Shown piece by piece: positions 11,260 to 20,148 of a stretch of DNA of 64,000 nt. Under the pieces are notes generated by a model that was given only the letters and a program-made list of their open reading frames with translations, did no database searches and was not told the DNA's origin. Position 1 is the stretch's first letter. Every line of letters begins with the position of its first letter. Source of the DNA: Limisphaerales bacterium. GTDB taxonomy: Bacteria; Verrucomicrobiota; Verrucomicrobiia; Limisphaerales; JADJPG01. The position numbers and the translations under genes were made by a program. The DNA is taken from assembly GCA_044229355.1 (NCBI GenBank), contig JBGATF010000010.1:202321-266320 (forward strand), in the 5' to 3' direction.

Positions 11260-12099
11260 GTGAGCCAGCCGATTCAAGACATGGGGATCATTGCCGGGGC
11301 GCGGACGTTGCCGTTGTTATTTGCGCGCCAGGCGCGGGCGATGGGCGTGGGCCGGCTGGTGGCGGTGGCCTTCACCGGTGAGACCTCGCCGGAAATCGCG
11401 GCGGTGGTGGACGAGGTGGTCTGGCTGAAAGTTGGGCAGCTCGGCAAATTGATTCAGGCGTTTACGGAGCGCGGGGTTCGCCGGTGCGTGATGCTGGGGC
11501 AGATTGCGCCGCGCAATCTGTTTGATGTGCGTCCGGACCTGCGCGCGATGGGCCTGCTCTTGCGCCTGAAGGAGCGGAATGCGCACACCATATTCGGCGC
11601 GATGGCGGACGAGCTTCAGAAGGAAGGGGTTGAGGTGGTGGAGGCCACGCCCTGGCTGCGTCCGCTCATGCCAGGGCCGGGATTTCAGATCGGGCGCCGT
11701 TTGACGGACGAGCAGGGTGCCGACGTGCGATTTGGCTTTCGCATGGCCAAGGAGATCGCGCGGCTGGAGATTGGCCAGTCGGTCGTGGTCAAGCAGGGCA
11801 CGGTTTTGGCGGTGGAGGGGTTCGAGGGCACGGACAAGTGCCTGGCGCGGGGCGGAGAGCTGGCCGGCAAGGAGGGCGGGGCGGTGGCCGTGAAGGTGGC
11901 GCGGGAGAAGCACGACATGCGATTTGACGTGCCGTGCATTGGGCAACGAACCATGGAAGTGTGCGCGTCGGCGCGGGTGTCGGTGCTGGCGGTGGAGGCA
12001 GGCCGGACGCTGTTTCTAGAGGAGGCTGAATTGGAGGCGCTGGCGAAGCGCCACGGGATTACGGTGCTGACGACCGACGGGTCGGGGCCGACGGCTTGA
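11260..12099 (+). CDS. lpxI: UDP-2,3-diacylglucosamine hydrolase LpxI (DUF1009 family)
   Basis: 279 aa. N-terminal MGIIAGARTLP; motifs GQSVVVKQGTVLAVEGFEGTDKCL and RFDVPCIGQRTMEVCASARVSVLAVEAGRTLFLEEAEL match the LpxI N- and C-domain architecture as I remember it. Confidence 0.7.
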   Translation: MSQPIQDMGIIAGARTLPLLFARQARAMGVGRLVAVAFTGETSPEIAAVVDEVVWLKVGQLGKLIQAFTERGVRRCVMLGQIAPRNLFDVRPDLRAMGLLLRLKERNAHTIFGAMADELQKEGVEVVEATPWLRPLMPGPGFQIGRRLTDEQGADVRFGFRMAKEIARLEIGQSVVVKQGTVLAVEGFEGTDKCLARGGELAGKEGGAVAVKVAREKHDMRFDVPCIGQRTMEVCASARVSVLAVEAGRTLFLEEAELEALAKRHGITVLTTDGSGPTA

Positions 12100-12130
12100 A
12101 GGGCTGGTTTCCGGGCGGTTCCTGGCGGCG

Positions 12131-12577
12131 TTATTCGGCCGCGGGGGAGAGGACGCGGCGCGTGACGAAGCCGGCGGCGATGAGGCCGGCGACGATGGCG
12201 ATCCAGCGGAACTGCCCTGAATTCTCGGCCCAGGTTTCCTCGGCCGTGGAGGGCTGGGCGACGGGGGTGCGCGCGTTGGCGAGAACGCTGGAGGTTTCTT
12301 CGCGGAGGCTCGTGGCGAGGTTGGTTTTGAAATTCATCCGTTCCTCGTGGCGGACGCGCGCGAGGCGATCCCGGTCGGCTTTGGATTCGCGGCCCATGCG
12401 ATCGCGCCATGCGCTTTGCTGCGCGAGACTGGCGTGTTCCAGCTCGGGCGGGAGCGGGTCGATGGCGAGAGCCGGCAGCGATGCCCCGGCGAGCAGGGCG
12501 GCCGCCACGGCGGCGTGCAGGCGGGGACGACGGGTCCCCGTGGGGGCTGTCCGGGCGGATTGAGTGCTTCGGCTCAT
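12131..12577 (-). CDS. hypothetical secreted/membrane-anchored protein
   Basis: 148 aa. N-terminal signal peptide (LHAAVAAALLAGASLPALA) and a C-terminal hydrophobic helix (FRWIAIVAGLIAAGFVTR). No recognisable domain. Confidence 0.35.
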   Translation of the reverse strand: MSRSTQSARTAPTGTRRPRLHAAVAAALLAGASLPALAIDPLPPELEHASLAQQSAWRDRMGRESKADRDRLARVRHEERMNFKTNLATSLREETSSVLANARTPVAQPSTAEETWAENSGQFRWIAIVAGLIAAGFVTRRVLSPAAE

Positions 12578-12601
12578 GGAATAGGCGCGGGATCGCGGCG
12601 G

Positions 12602-14311
12602 TTACTGGCCGGTGGAGATGGAGGTGGACGACGTTGAGCAGAAGCCCTCGATCGGGGCGATCTCGGTGAAGCTGGAGATGCGGCAGAGGGCCGCCTTGGG
12701 CAGGCCAAGATCGATGTAGCGATTGGGATCGGTGGAATACCGGCTATGGATACGGGAGTCGTAGTTGAACTTCGCGGTCGACGTGAAAACGATGGCCTCA
12801 TCGCGGGAGATGATGGCGCCGTTCATGACCAAGTTGGCGCGGGCGGGCCGCATGGCGGCGGCGTGGTTGCAATAGAAAATTCCCTCGAGCTTGTTGAAAT
12901 CATTGGAAGAGAGCGTGTCGTAGTCAACTGGCGTGGAACTCGAGCCGGACGTCGGATAGCCCTGGATCCGGTTGGCGCGCGCCGTGTTCATGATCACGTC
13001 GTTGGAATAATTGTAGGCCTGATCGACCACGCCATCGCCATCGGAGTCATACCAGGCGCTGTTGGGCTCACCGGTGCCCGACGTGTTCCAGAACTTAACT
13101 CCGTCATCGGCGGTGCCGGGGATGCCGTCCGCCCCGAGATTGCCTTCCGCGCCCACCCATTTGAGGCCGTAGGGGCTCGGGTCGACACAGGCCGCTTTCC
13201 AGGCGGAGCTGTTGACCTGGCCGCCGAAGATGCTTTCGCGAACAGCGAACGCGATGAGGTCCTTGTTGGCGTCGAGATTGTTTTTGACCCAGGAATCCCG
13301 CGCGGTGGAATTTTGCGTCTCGGGGGGCGTGCTGAAATCGGGCCCATTGACGTAGGTCATATCGCCGGCGATGTAGAGGCTGCCGCCAACGTAGAGTGTG
13401 CCCTGGCCGGTGATGGGGCCGGAGATGATGACGTCGCCGGGGATGACGACGGGCCCGTTGATGCGGATGGGGTTGGCGGCGGTGCCTTTGAGGTAGAGTC
13501 CAGGCTGGCTGCTGTTGGTGTGGACGGCGGAGACGAGGAGGGTGCTGCCGACGGAGAGAGTGCCGCTTTTGGCCGCGGCGATGGACTCGTAGTAGGCGAA
13601 GCTTTTCAGATTCGGCATTTGCAGGCGGGGCGCGCCGTCGTGGAGGTAGCTGACGGGATCCGAGCCGGCGAGGCCGCTGATGGGGACGCTGCCGCTAAAG
13701 CGGTCGATGCGGGTTCCGTCGGAGGAGATGTTGCCGGACGCGAGAACGACGCCGTTGACGGAGGGGCTGCCGCGGAAGTCGAAGTCACCGTTGGCGCGGT
13801 TGCCGCCGTTGCCGGTGATGCTGGAGCCCCACCACCAGCCCCAGTTGTTGAGGAAGTACTCGTAGTCGAAGACCTCGCTGGGCGGGTTTTTGAGCACGGT
13901 GGCGCGGACGGTGCGCACGCGGTTGCCGACCTTGGCGGAGGCGGTGACGAGGAACTGATTGGCCTCGCCGCTGGGGTGGTTGCCGATGGTAAGCCAGGCA
14001 TCCTGGAAGGCGGTCGTTCCGGACCCCCGGAGGTTGGCCATGTATTCCATGCTGATGCCGTTGCCGGTGACGGAATAGGTGCCGATCGGGCTGGCGGTGT
14101 CGGCGATGTGCTGGGCGCCCCAGTTGAGCACGTTTTCGGCGTGATAGAATGCTTCGGACGTGTCCCAACGATGATGGGACGCGCGCAAGCGGTCGCCGCT
14201 GAAGGACAGCAGGCTCAGCGCGCCGATTCCGAGGAGAAAGCCGAAGACGACGACACCGATGAGCACGGAGCCGGTCTCGTTCCGGGCGGGTTTTAAATGA
14301 TTTGATTTCAT
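12602..14311 (-). CDS. GspK/PulK-like minor pseudopilin, unusually large (~570 aa) with beta-helix-like repeats
   Basis: N-terminus (R)NETGSVLIGVVVFGFLLGIGALSLLSF resembles the GspK anchor (GS-h-L-I-x-V-L... hydrophobic). It lies downstream of two prepilin-type genes. Gly-rich repetitive segments (VVIPGDVIISGPITGQGTLYVGGSLYIAGD) suggest a beta-solenoid. The start is ambiguous (14329 or 14311). Confidence 0.45.
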   Translation of the reverse strand: MKSNHLKPARNETGSVLIGVVVFGFLLGIGALSLLSFSGDRLRASHHRWDTSEAFYHAENVLNWGAQHIADTASPIGTYSVTGNGISMEYMANLRGSGTTAFQDAWLTIGNHPSGEANQFLVTASAKVGNRVRTVRATVLKNPPSEVFDYEYFLNNWGWWWGSSITGNGGNRANGDFDFRGSPSVNGVVLASGNISSDGTRIDRFSGSVPISGLAGSDPVSYLHDGAPRLQMPNLKSFAYYESIAAAKSGTLSVGSTLLVSAVHTNSSQPGLYLKGTAANPIRINGPVVIPGDVIISGPITGQGTLYVGGSLYIAGDMTYVNGPDFSTPPETQNSTARDSWVKNNLDANKDLIAFAVRESIFGGQVNSSAWKAACVDPSPYGLKWVGAEGNLGADGIPGTADDGVKFWNTSGTGEPNSAWYDSDGDGVVDQAYNYSNDVIMNTARANRIQGYPTSGSSSTPVDYDTLSSNDFNKLEGIFYCNHAAAMRPARANLVMNGAIISRDEAIVFTSTAKFNYDSRIHSRYSTDPNRYIDLGLPKAALCRISSFTEIAPIEGFCSTSSTSISTGQ

Positions 14312-14349
14312 GGGTGTAAACGTCGACACCGCATCCCTGCGTGCTGGGG

Positions 14350-14943
14350 TCAGTTCCGATACCGGACGGTGAAATAGCGGTTGACCGGGATCTTCTTAAA
14401 ACTGTTGGTCGACGCGCGGCGCGTCGAATAGCCGTCGTCATCGAACTTCATCACCACGTTGATGGTGGCCCGGTCGAGGACATTTCCCGCCTTGAGCGCG
14501 GGGTAAAAGTAAACGTCCCGCAGCGCGGTCATCTTGTCGGGCTTGAACAGGACCACTTCGTCGCCGTTCACGTTCCGGTTCGGGTCGTGGTAGAGCTTGC
14601 CCGTGTTGGCGTCGAAGTAGAGTTGCTGGCGCGGGCTCGAAGCGTTCGTGGCCACGATAACGCGGCGGAAGAACGTGGGGTTTCCGGAGACGGCATCCAC
14701 AAACTCGGTGGATTCTGTTGCGCTCATGGAGCGCAGGATCTGGGCGACCCGATCCTGGACGAGGCCCGCCCGGCTTTGAACCGAGCCATCAGCCAGCCCG
14801 CGCTTCTGTTCCAGGGCCATCTGGAAAACGAGCGTCAGGATGGCTCCCACGACCAGGACCGAGACGGACGCAGCCATCATGACTTCCATGACGGTATACC
14901 CTCGCCGGCCCGGGCGGCGGTTGGGATGAAGGTTGATTTTCAT
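14350..14943 (-). CDS. prepilin-type N-terminal cleavage/methylation domain pseudopilin (GspJ/PilW-like)
   Basis: N-terminus ...RRGYTVMEVMMAASVSVLVVGAILTLVF has the class-III signal G|[FY]T[LV][MI]E followed by a hydrophobic helix. Confidence 0.6.
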   Translation of the reverse strand: MKINLHPNRRPGRRGYTVMEVMMAASVSVLVVGAILTLVFQMALEQKRGLADGSVQSRAGLVQDRVAQILRSMSATESTEFVDAVSGNPTFFRRVIVATNASSPRQQLYFDANTGKLYHDPNRNVNGDEVVLFKPDKMTALRDVYFYPALKAGNVLDRATINVVMKFDDDGYSTRRASTNSFKKIPVNRYFTVRYRN

Positions 14944-14958
14944 GGCAGGCGGGCTGGG

Positions 14959-15478
14959 CTAGAGGTCTCGGAACCGCGCGAGATCCATGCGGGCGGTCAG
15001 CTTGCCTCCGCGTTGCAGCGGGGCGTCCCAGCGGAACTCGACCTTCAGCTGTTTAGTGTAGTCCGTCCCGCCCTGTTGCGTCGTGGTCAGGATGACCCGC
15101 ATCTCCGGGTTTCGCGGCGTGAGCCAGACCAACTCGGGATGGAAGACGGTGTAGTCCACGCTGGAAATGCTGAACCAGCTCTCGCCGGCGGGAATGCGGA
15201 TGTTGGGCGTGCCGCCGGTGCCGTCGCAAATGCCGTTCAGCGCGCAGCCCCGTTTCAAATCCGTGAACGGAATGGCTTTCGCGAGCTCCAAGTAGTGTTC
15301 GGCGAAATCGAGGACGACGCCGCTGTCCTTGTCCTTGGCGGTTTGGATGCGGCTGAGGGCCATGCTCGACATGCCGGCCATGACAAAAACCCCGACCAGC
15401 GTCATGGCCACCACCACCTCGATCATGGTGAAGCCCGCGGCGCGCCCTAATCGGCGGTAAATTTTACTCGTAACCATG
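14959..15478 (-). CDS. prepilin-type pseudopilin (GspH/I-like)
   Basis: Track ORF 14959..15753; the plausible start is MVTSKIYRRLGRAAGFTMIEVVVAMTLVGVFVMAG at ~15478. The GFTMIEV prepilin motif is clear. Confidence 0.6.
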
Positions 15479-15778
15479 CCCACACGTACCTTTCCGGCGG
15501 TCCCATCAGCAAGTCGCATTCCCGTGAACGGACTGCGCCCTGGCAGCGGGATCGCCAGATGGATAATCGCCAGAACAGGCCGGGCCTTTAATGCGTTCGC
15601 GGGCCTGGTCCGGGTGAACGCCAAGGATGCGTGTCCTGGATTGGGACACGCCTGTCTGGAGGATGGACTTGGGTCGACTTCCGCATTGCGCGGGTGCCGC
15701 GGAAGATCTATTTGTCTCGGCCACGCTGGCTGGGCCGGCCTGGCTGGCGGCAAGGAATTTTTGGTTTGTGATCATAAC

Positions 15779-16306
15779 ATGACGTCTCATGAATTGTTCG
15801 GAGTGATGCCACGGGCCGTGGCGGAAGAGATCCTGGAGTTTGCCCATTCCAAGGAGAAACCGGTCTATCGCGCGGCGCTGGAAGCGGTGGCTGGGGCGCG
15901 GAAGGTTCGCGCCGTGTTTCTCGAGCGCCAGCCCCGCGCGGAGCGTTATGAGGCCATGATCACCTCGTTGAGCCGCCCGCAGATGGAGATGGCCGCCGAC
16001 GGGCTCATCCGGAACTGGCTCTTGAAAGGTCACGCCGGAGTACTGAGCGGCTTCATGGACGCGCTGGGAATTGCCCATGAGAATGGCGTGGTGAACGAGT
16101 TGCCCGCTGCTGTGGACGACGCCCGGCTGCGCAATGCCGTGGAGGCAATTCTCTCCCGGCACCCGGCGCCGGCGGTGGCGGTGTATCTGCACGCGTTCAA
16201 CGGCATGAACAGTGAAAATTGGGCCAACCTCGAGGCCCTCCTCCGGGCCGAGCCGCGACTGCAGTGGTCCAGCTTGGCCGCGCCGACCGCCGGCCGGCCG
16301 GCCTAG
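15779..16306 (+). CDS. hypothetical protein (helical)
   Basis: Track ORF 15476..16306; the likely start is ATG 15779 (MTSHELFGVMPRAVAEEILEFAHSKEK...). Upstream of that the ORF reads antisense to the pseudopilin gene. No recognised domain. Confidence 0.35.
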   Translation: MTSHELFGVMPRAVAEEILEFAHSKEKPVYRAALEAVAGARKVRAVFLERQPRAERYEAMITSLSRPQMEMAADGLIRNWLLKGHAGVLSGFMDALGIAHENGVVNELPAAVDDARLRNAVEAILSRHPAPAVAVYLHAFNGMNSENWANLEALLRAEPRLQWSSLAAPTAGRPA

Positions 16307-16371
16307 ACGGAATCGCCTCGTGGACCAGGCTTGGGCTTGACAGTTGGTCGCGGTGGGATTGGCATCGCGCC

Positions 16372-17160
16372 ATGCACACGACCCCAATCAAACAGTTGTT
16401 TACCCTGGCCCTCGGCCTTTGCGCCCTCATGAGTTCCTCCTCGATCCTGCCGGCGGCCGAACCGGACTCCCGTTGCTTCGAACTGCGCACTTACTACGCG
16501 GCCGAGGGCAAGCTCGACGATTTGAACGCGCGCTTTCGCCAGCACACGTGCGCCCTCTTCACCAAGCACGGAATGGAAAACATCGGCTACTGGATGCCGA
16601 TCGAGAACCCTGACCACCAGCTGATTTATCTGCTCGCATTTCCCAGCCGCGCGGCACGTGACCAGTCCTGGAAGGCCTTCGGCTCGGACCCGGAATGGCA
16701 GAAGGTTGTCAAAACCTCCGAAGCCCACGGCCGTCTGGTGACGAAAGTTGAGTCGCGTCTGCTGACGGCGACGGATTTCTCTCCGGCCGTTCGGACTGCC
16801 CTGAAGAATCCGGAGCGGGTTTTTGAGCTGCGGACCTATACGGCGTCCCCGGGCAACCTGGGGGCCCTCGACAGCCGGTTTCGCGACCACACGGTCGCGC
16901 TTTTCCGCAAGCACGGCATGGAGAACTTTGGCTACTGGCATCTGCTGCCGGGACAAAAGGGCGCGGACGAAACGTTGGTCTACCTTCTGGCCCATGCCAG
17001 CAAGGAGGCCGGGGACGCGTCCTTCAAGGCCTTCCGCGAGGACCCCGACTGGGTGGCCGCGCGCAAGGCTTCCGAAGAGAAGGCCGGGGGTTCGTTGACG
17101 GCCAAGGATGGGGTGAAATCCGTTTTCCTGAAACCAATGGATTATTCGCAGACGAAGTAA
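16372..17160 (+). CDS. NIPSNAP-family protein with tandem NIPSNAP domains and signal peptide
   Basis: Starts MHTTPIKQLFTLALGLCALMSSSSILPAAEP (signal). Two repeats: FELRTYYAAEGKLDDLNARFRQHTCALFTKHGMENIGYW and FELRTYTASPGNLGALDSRFRDHTVALFRKHGMENFGYW. Confidence 0.65.
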   Translation: MHTTPIKQLFTLALGLCALMSSSSILPAAEPDSRCFELRTYYAAEGKLDDLNARFRQHTCALFTKHGMENIGYWMPIENPDHQLIYLLAFPSRAARDQSWKAFGSDPEWQKVVKTSEAHGRLVTKVESRLLTATDFSPAVRTALKNPERVFELRTYTASPGNLGALDSRFRDHTVALFRKHGMENFGYWHLLPGQKGADETLVYLLAHASKEAGDASFKAFREDPDWVAARKASEEKAGGSLTAKDGVKSVFLKPMDYSQTK

Positions 17161-17232
17161 GGTCGTTTCCGCCGGGGCCACGTCTGGCTCCACTCGCGGT
17201 GTGACGATGGGGCGGACCTCGCGTGTCGTCGG

Positions 17233-17898
17233 TTGGCGGCATCTTTACCGATCTTGCGAAAAGGGCGATCGGATGGCGGGGGCGGGCTCCTGGGCATTGT
17301 CCCTGCTCCCGTTGGGCGCATGAACGCGCCAGCGCACGGGAATCCCGGCGGTGCCGGGGAAGCGGACACTGTCATCCTTCACCTCAGTCGATTCGCCCAT
17401 GGGGCGATGGAAGGTGCGGGGTCGGAATTTGAGGATGACGGCGAGACGGCGCTGATTCGGAAGGCGGCGGTGGACACGGTGGCGCACACGGAGAAGCCGG
17501 TCATCGTGCCGCAGTCGGCGGCGCCCCTGTCTCCGGATGAATTGCTGGGGGCGGTGGCGTATTGCTATGTGAAGGGGGTGTTCAGCTCGGATGACGTGGA
17601 GCGCAAGATGTTGCGCGACCCGGAATTTCGGGAAGCGCTGGATGGAGTGGTGCCCGACCCGGCAACCATCCGCCGGTTTCGGCGACTGAACCGCGAGGCG
17701 ATCCAGACGGTGCTGGAGAAATTCTACGCGATCCTGCGCCAGCGCCAAAAGAACGTCCGCGAAGCCTCATTGGCCTGCGGGCCGGATGGCAAATCCTGCC
17801 CGCCGGTGGAAGGCGGCAACACGGCGGTGTTCGTGAAGCGCGAGGCCATCGACCAGCTGGACCGTGCCACGTTTGTGGATCGCATGTCCGATTTCTGA
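17233..17898 (+). CDS. DUF772 (IS5/IS1182-family transposase N-terminal domain) protein with no DDE domain; possible IS remnant
   Basis: Segment LLGAVAYCYVKGVFSSDDVERKMLRDPEFREALDGVVPDPATIRRFRRLNREAIQTVLEKF matches the DUF772 consensus as I remember it (LL...Y..SdR.le..l.d...FR.F.G....PDhsTlsRFRnRL). The ORF stops ~60 aa later and no DDE catalytic domain follows. The start is uncertain (17233, 17320 or 17407). Confidence 0.35.
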   Translation: MAASLPILRKGRSDGGGGLLGIVPAPVGRMNAPAHGNPGGAGEADTVILHLSRFAHGAMEGAGSEFEDDGETALIRKAAVDTVAHTEKPVIVPQSAAPLSPDELLGAVAYCYVKGVFSSDDVERKMLRDPEFREALDGVVPDPATIRRFRRLNREAIQTVLEKFYAILRQRQKNVREASLACGPDGKSCPPVEGGNTAVFVKREAIDQLDRATFVDRMSDF

Positions 17899-17907
17899 GC
17901 AGCCGGC

Positions 17908-19314
17908 TCAGAACTCCACGGGGCTCTGGCGCGGAATTTGTCCGGCGAGTTCCTCGGCAGGGTAGGTCCAGATCTCAGCCAGCGTCGGGTGGTAGTGGGG
18001 AGTTGCGGCGAGTTGATGGACCGCGAGCCGGCCGGCCATCGCCACTACGATCTCGTGGATGAGCTCTCCGGCGGCCGGCCCGACGCAGGTTCCACCCAGA
18101 ATTTCACCCGTTTGGGGATCGGCGAGGAGTTTCACAAATCCATCCCTGGCTTCCATGATCAGAGACTTGCCGTGGTCCTGAAATGGATACGTGGCGACAA
18201 GGTGCGGCACCGAGCCGGCCCGGGCCGCTTCCTCAGTCAGGCCGACGCCGGCGAGGGCCGGCTCGGTGAAGATGACGAAGATCAGCAAGCGATAGTCCAT
18301 CGACCTGAGCCGGTCCGGCGTCAGAATGTTTTGCGCGGCCGTCTCGCCTTGCTGAATGGCGATGTGGACAATCTCATACGGGCCCGTGCAATCCCCGGCG
18401 GCAAAGATGTGCGGGATTGAGGTTCGCTGCTGAGCGTCCGTCACGATGCGCGGCCCGACGGTGACGACGCCAGCGTTGGCCAGCGCGAGCGGCTCTGTGT
18501 TCGGCATCCGGCCCAGCGCGACGAGGATCTCGTCCGCGCGCGCTTCCAACGTTTGGCCATCCTGCTCGAAGGTGACAACCTTCTGTCCGCGGTCCACGCG
18601 TGCGTCCAGCAGTTTTGTGCCGGTGTGCAGCCGCAGCCCTTCATTGCGCAACGCGTTCTCCACCGCCAGGGCAGCGTCGGCATCGAAATCACGCAGAATT
18701 CGGCGGCTGCGCTGGATCAAGGTGACGTCGACGTCGAAGCGGGCGAAGAACTGGGCCAGCTCGACGGCCACGGCGCCACCTCCGAGAACGATGAGCGAAC
18801 GCGGCGGCTGCGGCAGGCTGAGGGCTTCGTCGCTGGTGATGTACCCGACCGCGTGCAGGGCCGGCAGGGGCGGCGGAGCGACGGTCGACCCGGTGGCGAG
18901 GACGAAATGCCGGGCGGAGATCCGGCGCCCGTCGTCGAGGGTCAGCGTGTGGGCGTCAACGAACCGCGCGCCGGATCGGACGAACGCGAACCGCCCATCA
19001 GCGAGTTGCTGGCGACGATAGTCGGCGAAGTCCCGAATCTGGGCGTTTTTTCGCGCCATTACGGCGGTCCAGTCAAATGGCACCGGGCCCGGCTGCAAAC
19101 CCCAGGTGGCGCCGTGACGGGCGAGGTGGCGGACTTCGGCGGCATACAGCAGGGCTTTGGTCGGCATGCAGCCGCGAAGAATGCAGAGCCCGCCGACCTC
19201 GCGTCCGCCTTCGAGCACGGCGGTTTTCAGCCCGCCGGCGGCGGTGGTGCGGGCGGCGGCGTAGCCGGCGCTGCCGCCGCCCACCACGATGACGTCATAA
19301 TCGAAGGCGCTCAT
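17908..19314 (-). CDS. class-I pyridine nucleotide-disulfide oxidoreductase (dihydrolipoyl dehydrogenase / mercuric reductase / transhydrogenase family)
   Basis: 468 aa. FAD-binding YDVIVVGGGSAGYAAA, redox-active disulfide GGLCILRGCMPTK, NAD site VLGGGAVAVELAQ, C-terminal dimerisation domain with HPTLAE. Confidence 0.75.
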   Translation of the reverse strand: MSAFDYDVIVVGGGSAGYAAARTTAAGGLKTAVLEGGREVGGLCILRGCMPTKALLYAAEVRHLARHGATWGLQPGPVPFDWTAVMARKNAQIRDFADYRRQQLADGRFAFVRSGARFVDAHTLTLDDGRRISARHFVLATGSTVAPPPLPALHAVGYITSDEALSLPQPPRSLIVLGGGAVAVELAQFFARFDVDVTLIQRSRRILRDFDADAALAVENALRNEGLRLHTGTKLLDARVDRGQKVVTFEQDGQTLEARADEILVALGRMPNTEPLALANAGVVTVGPRIVTDAQQRTSIPHIFAAGDCTGPYEIVHIAIQQGETAAQNILTPDRLRSMDYRLLIFVIFTEPALAGVGLTEEAARAGSVPHLVATYPFQDHGKSLIMEARDGFVKLLADPQTGEILGGTCVGPAAGELIHEIVVAMAGRLAVHQLAATPHYHPTLAEIWTYPAEELAGQIPRQSPVEF

Positions 19315-20138
19315 GATTCCTTGGCTGGCGCCCGCCGAAGCCGGCGCGGATGCGAATACACATTCATGCGATCGTCGCGCAGAAAGCCAACCAGGGTCTG
19401 GCCGCTGCGCGCCGCGAATTCCACGGCCAGGCTGCTTGGCGCCGACACGGCCGCGACAATCGGGATGCCGGCGGCGAGAGCTTTCTGGACGATTTCAAAC
19501 GACGCACGCCCGCTGACGAGAAGGGCGTGATTGGCCCAGGGCAGGAGGCCATGGAGCGCTCCGTAACCCACGACCTTGTCGACCGCGTTGTGGCGTCCCA
19601 CGTCTTCACGGACCACGAGCAAATTGCCGGAGGCATCGGCGAGGGCGGCCGCGTGCAGCCCGCCGGTGCGGGCGAAGGTGGGTTGAGCGAGACTGAGTTC
19701 CTCCGCGGCGCGGCGCAGCGCGTGCGGGGAAATGGTGACACGGCTCTTGACGGCGGGAAAGTGCTGGTGAACGGCGGCAATCGACGCCTTCCCGCACAGC
19801 CCGCAACTGGAACTCATGTAGACGTTGCGGCGCAGCCGTTCGAGGCTGATGGGAACGTCCGCTGCGAGGAACACCTGAAGAACATTGCCACCGCGAATTC
19901 GTGGGTGGGGACGGATGCGGGCGATATCAGCCGCCTGCGTGATCAGCCCTTCGGTCCAAAGGAAGCCGGCGGCCAGTTCGTCGTCGTGGCCGGGGGTTCG
20001 CATGGTCACGACCACAGGTTGAGTCTCGACCTGGATCTCCAGCGGTTCCTCAACCGCCAGTTCGTCGATGGCGGTTCTGGGCTGCTGGCTCCGCCGCCAG
20101 CGGAGGACGCGGCGGCGCGCAGTGGTCGCTGTGCCCAT
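19311..20138 (-). CDS. fdhD: formate dehydrogenase accessory sulfurtransferase FdhD
   Basis: 275 aa. TPGHDDELAAGFLWTEGLI, catalytic SCGLCGK, VGRHNAVDKVVG. 4-nt overlap with the downstream oxidoreductase. Confidence 0.8.
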   Translation of the reverse strand: MGTATTARRRVLRWRRSQQPRTAIDELAVEEPLEIQVETQPVVVTMRTPGHDDELAAGFLWTEGLITQAADIARIRPHPRIRGGNVLQVFLAADVPISLERLRRNVYMSSSCGLCGKASIAAVHQHFPAVKSRVTISPHALRRAAEELSLAQPTFARTGGLHAAALADASGNLLVVREDVGRHNAVDKVVGYGALHGLLPWANHALLVSGRASFEIVQKALAAGIPIVAAVSAPSSLAVEFAARSGQTLVGFLRDDRMNVYSHPRRLRRAPAKES

Positions 20139-20148
20139 GCCCGGGCGC

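Noticed and set aside
15476-15778. N-terminal 100-aa extension of the track ORF 15476..16306
   Set aside because: The extension reads antisense through the 5' end of the pseudopilin gene. A conventional ATG with a downstream helical domain begins at 15779.
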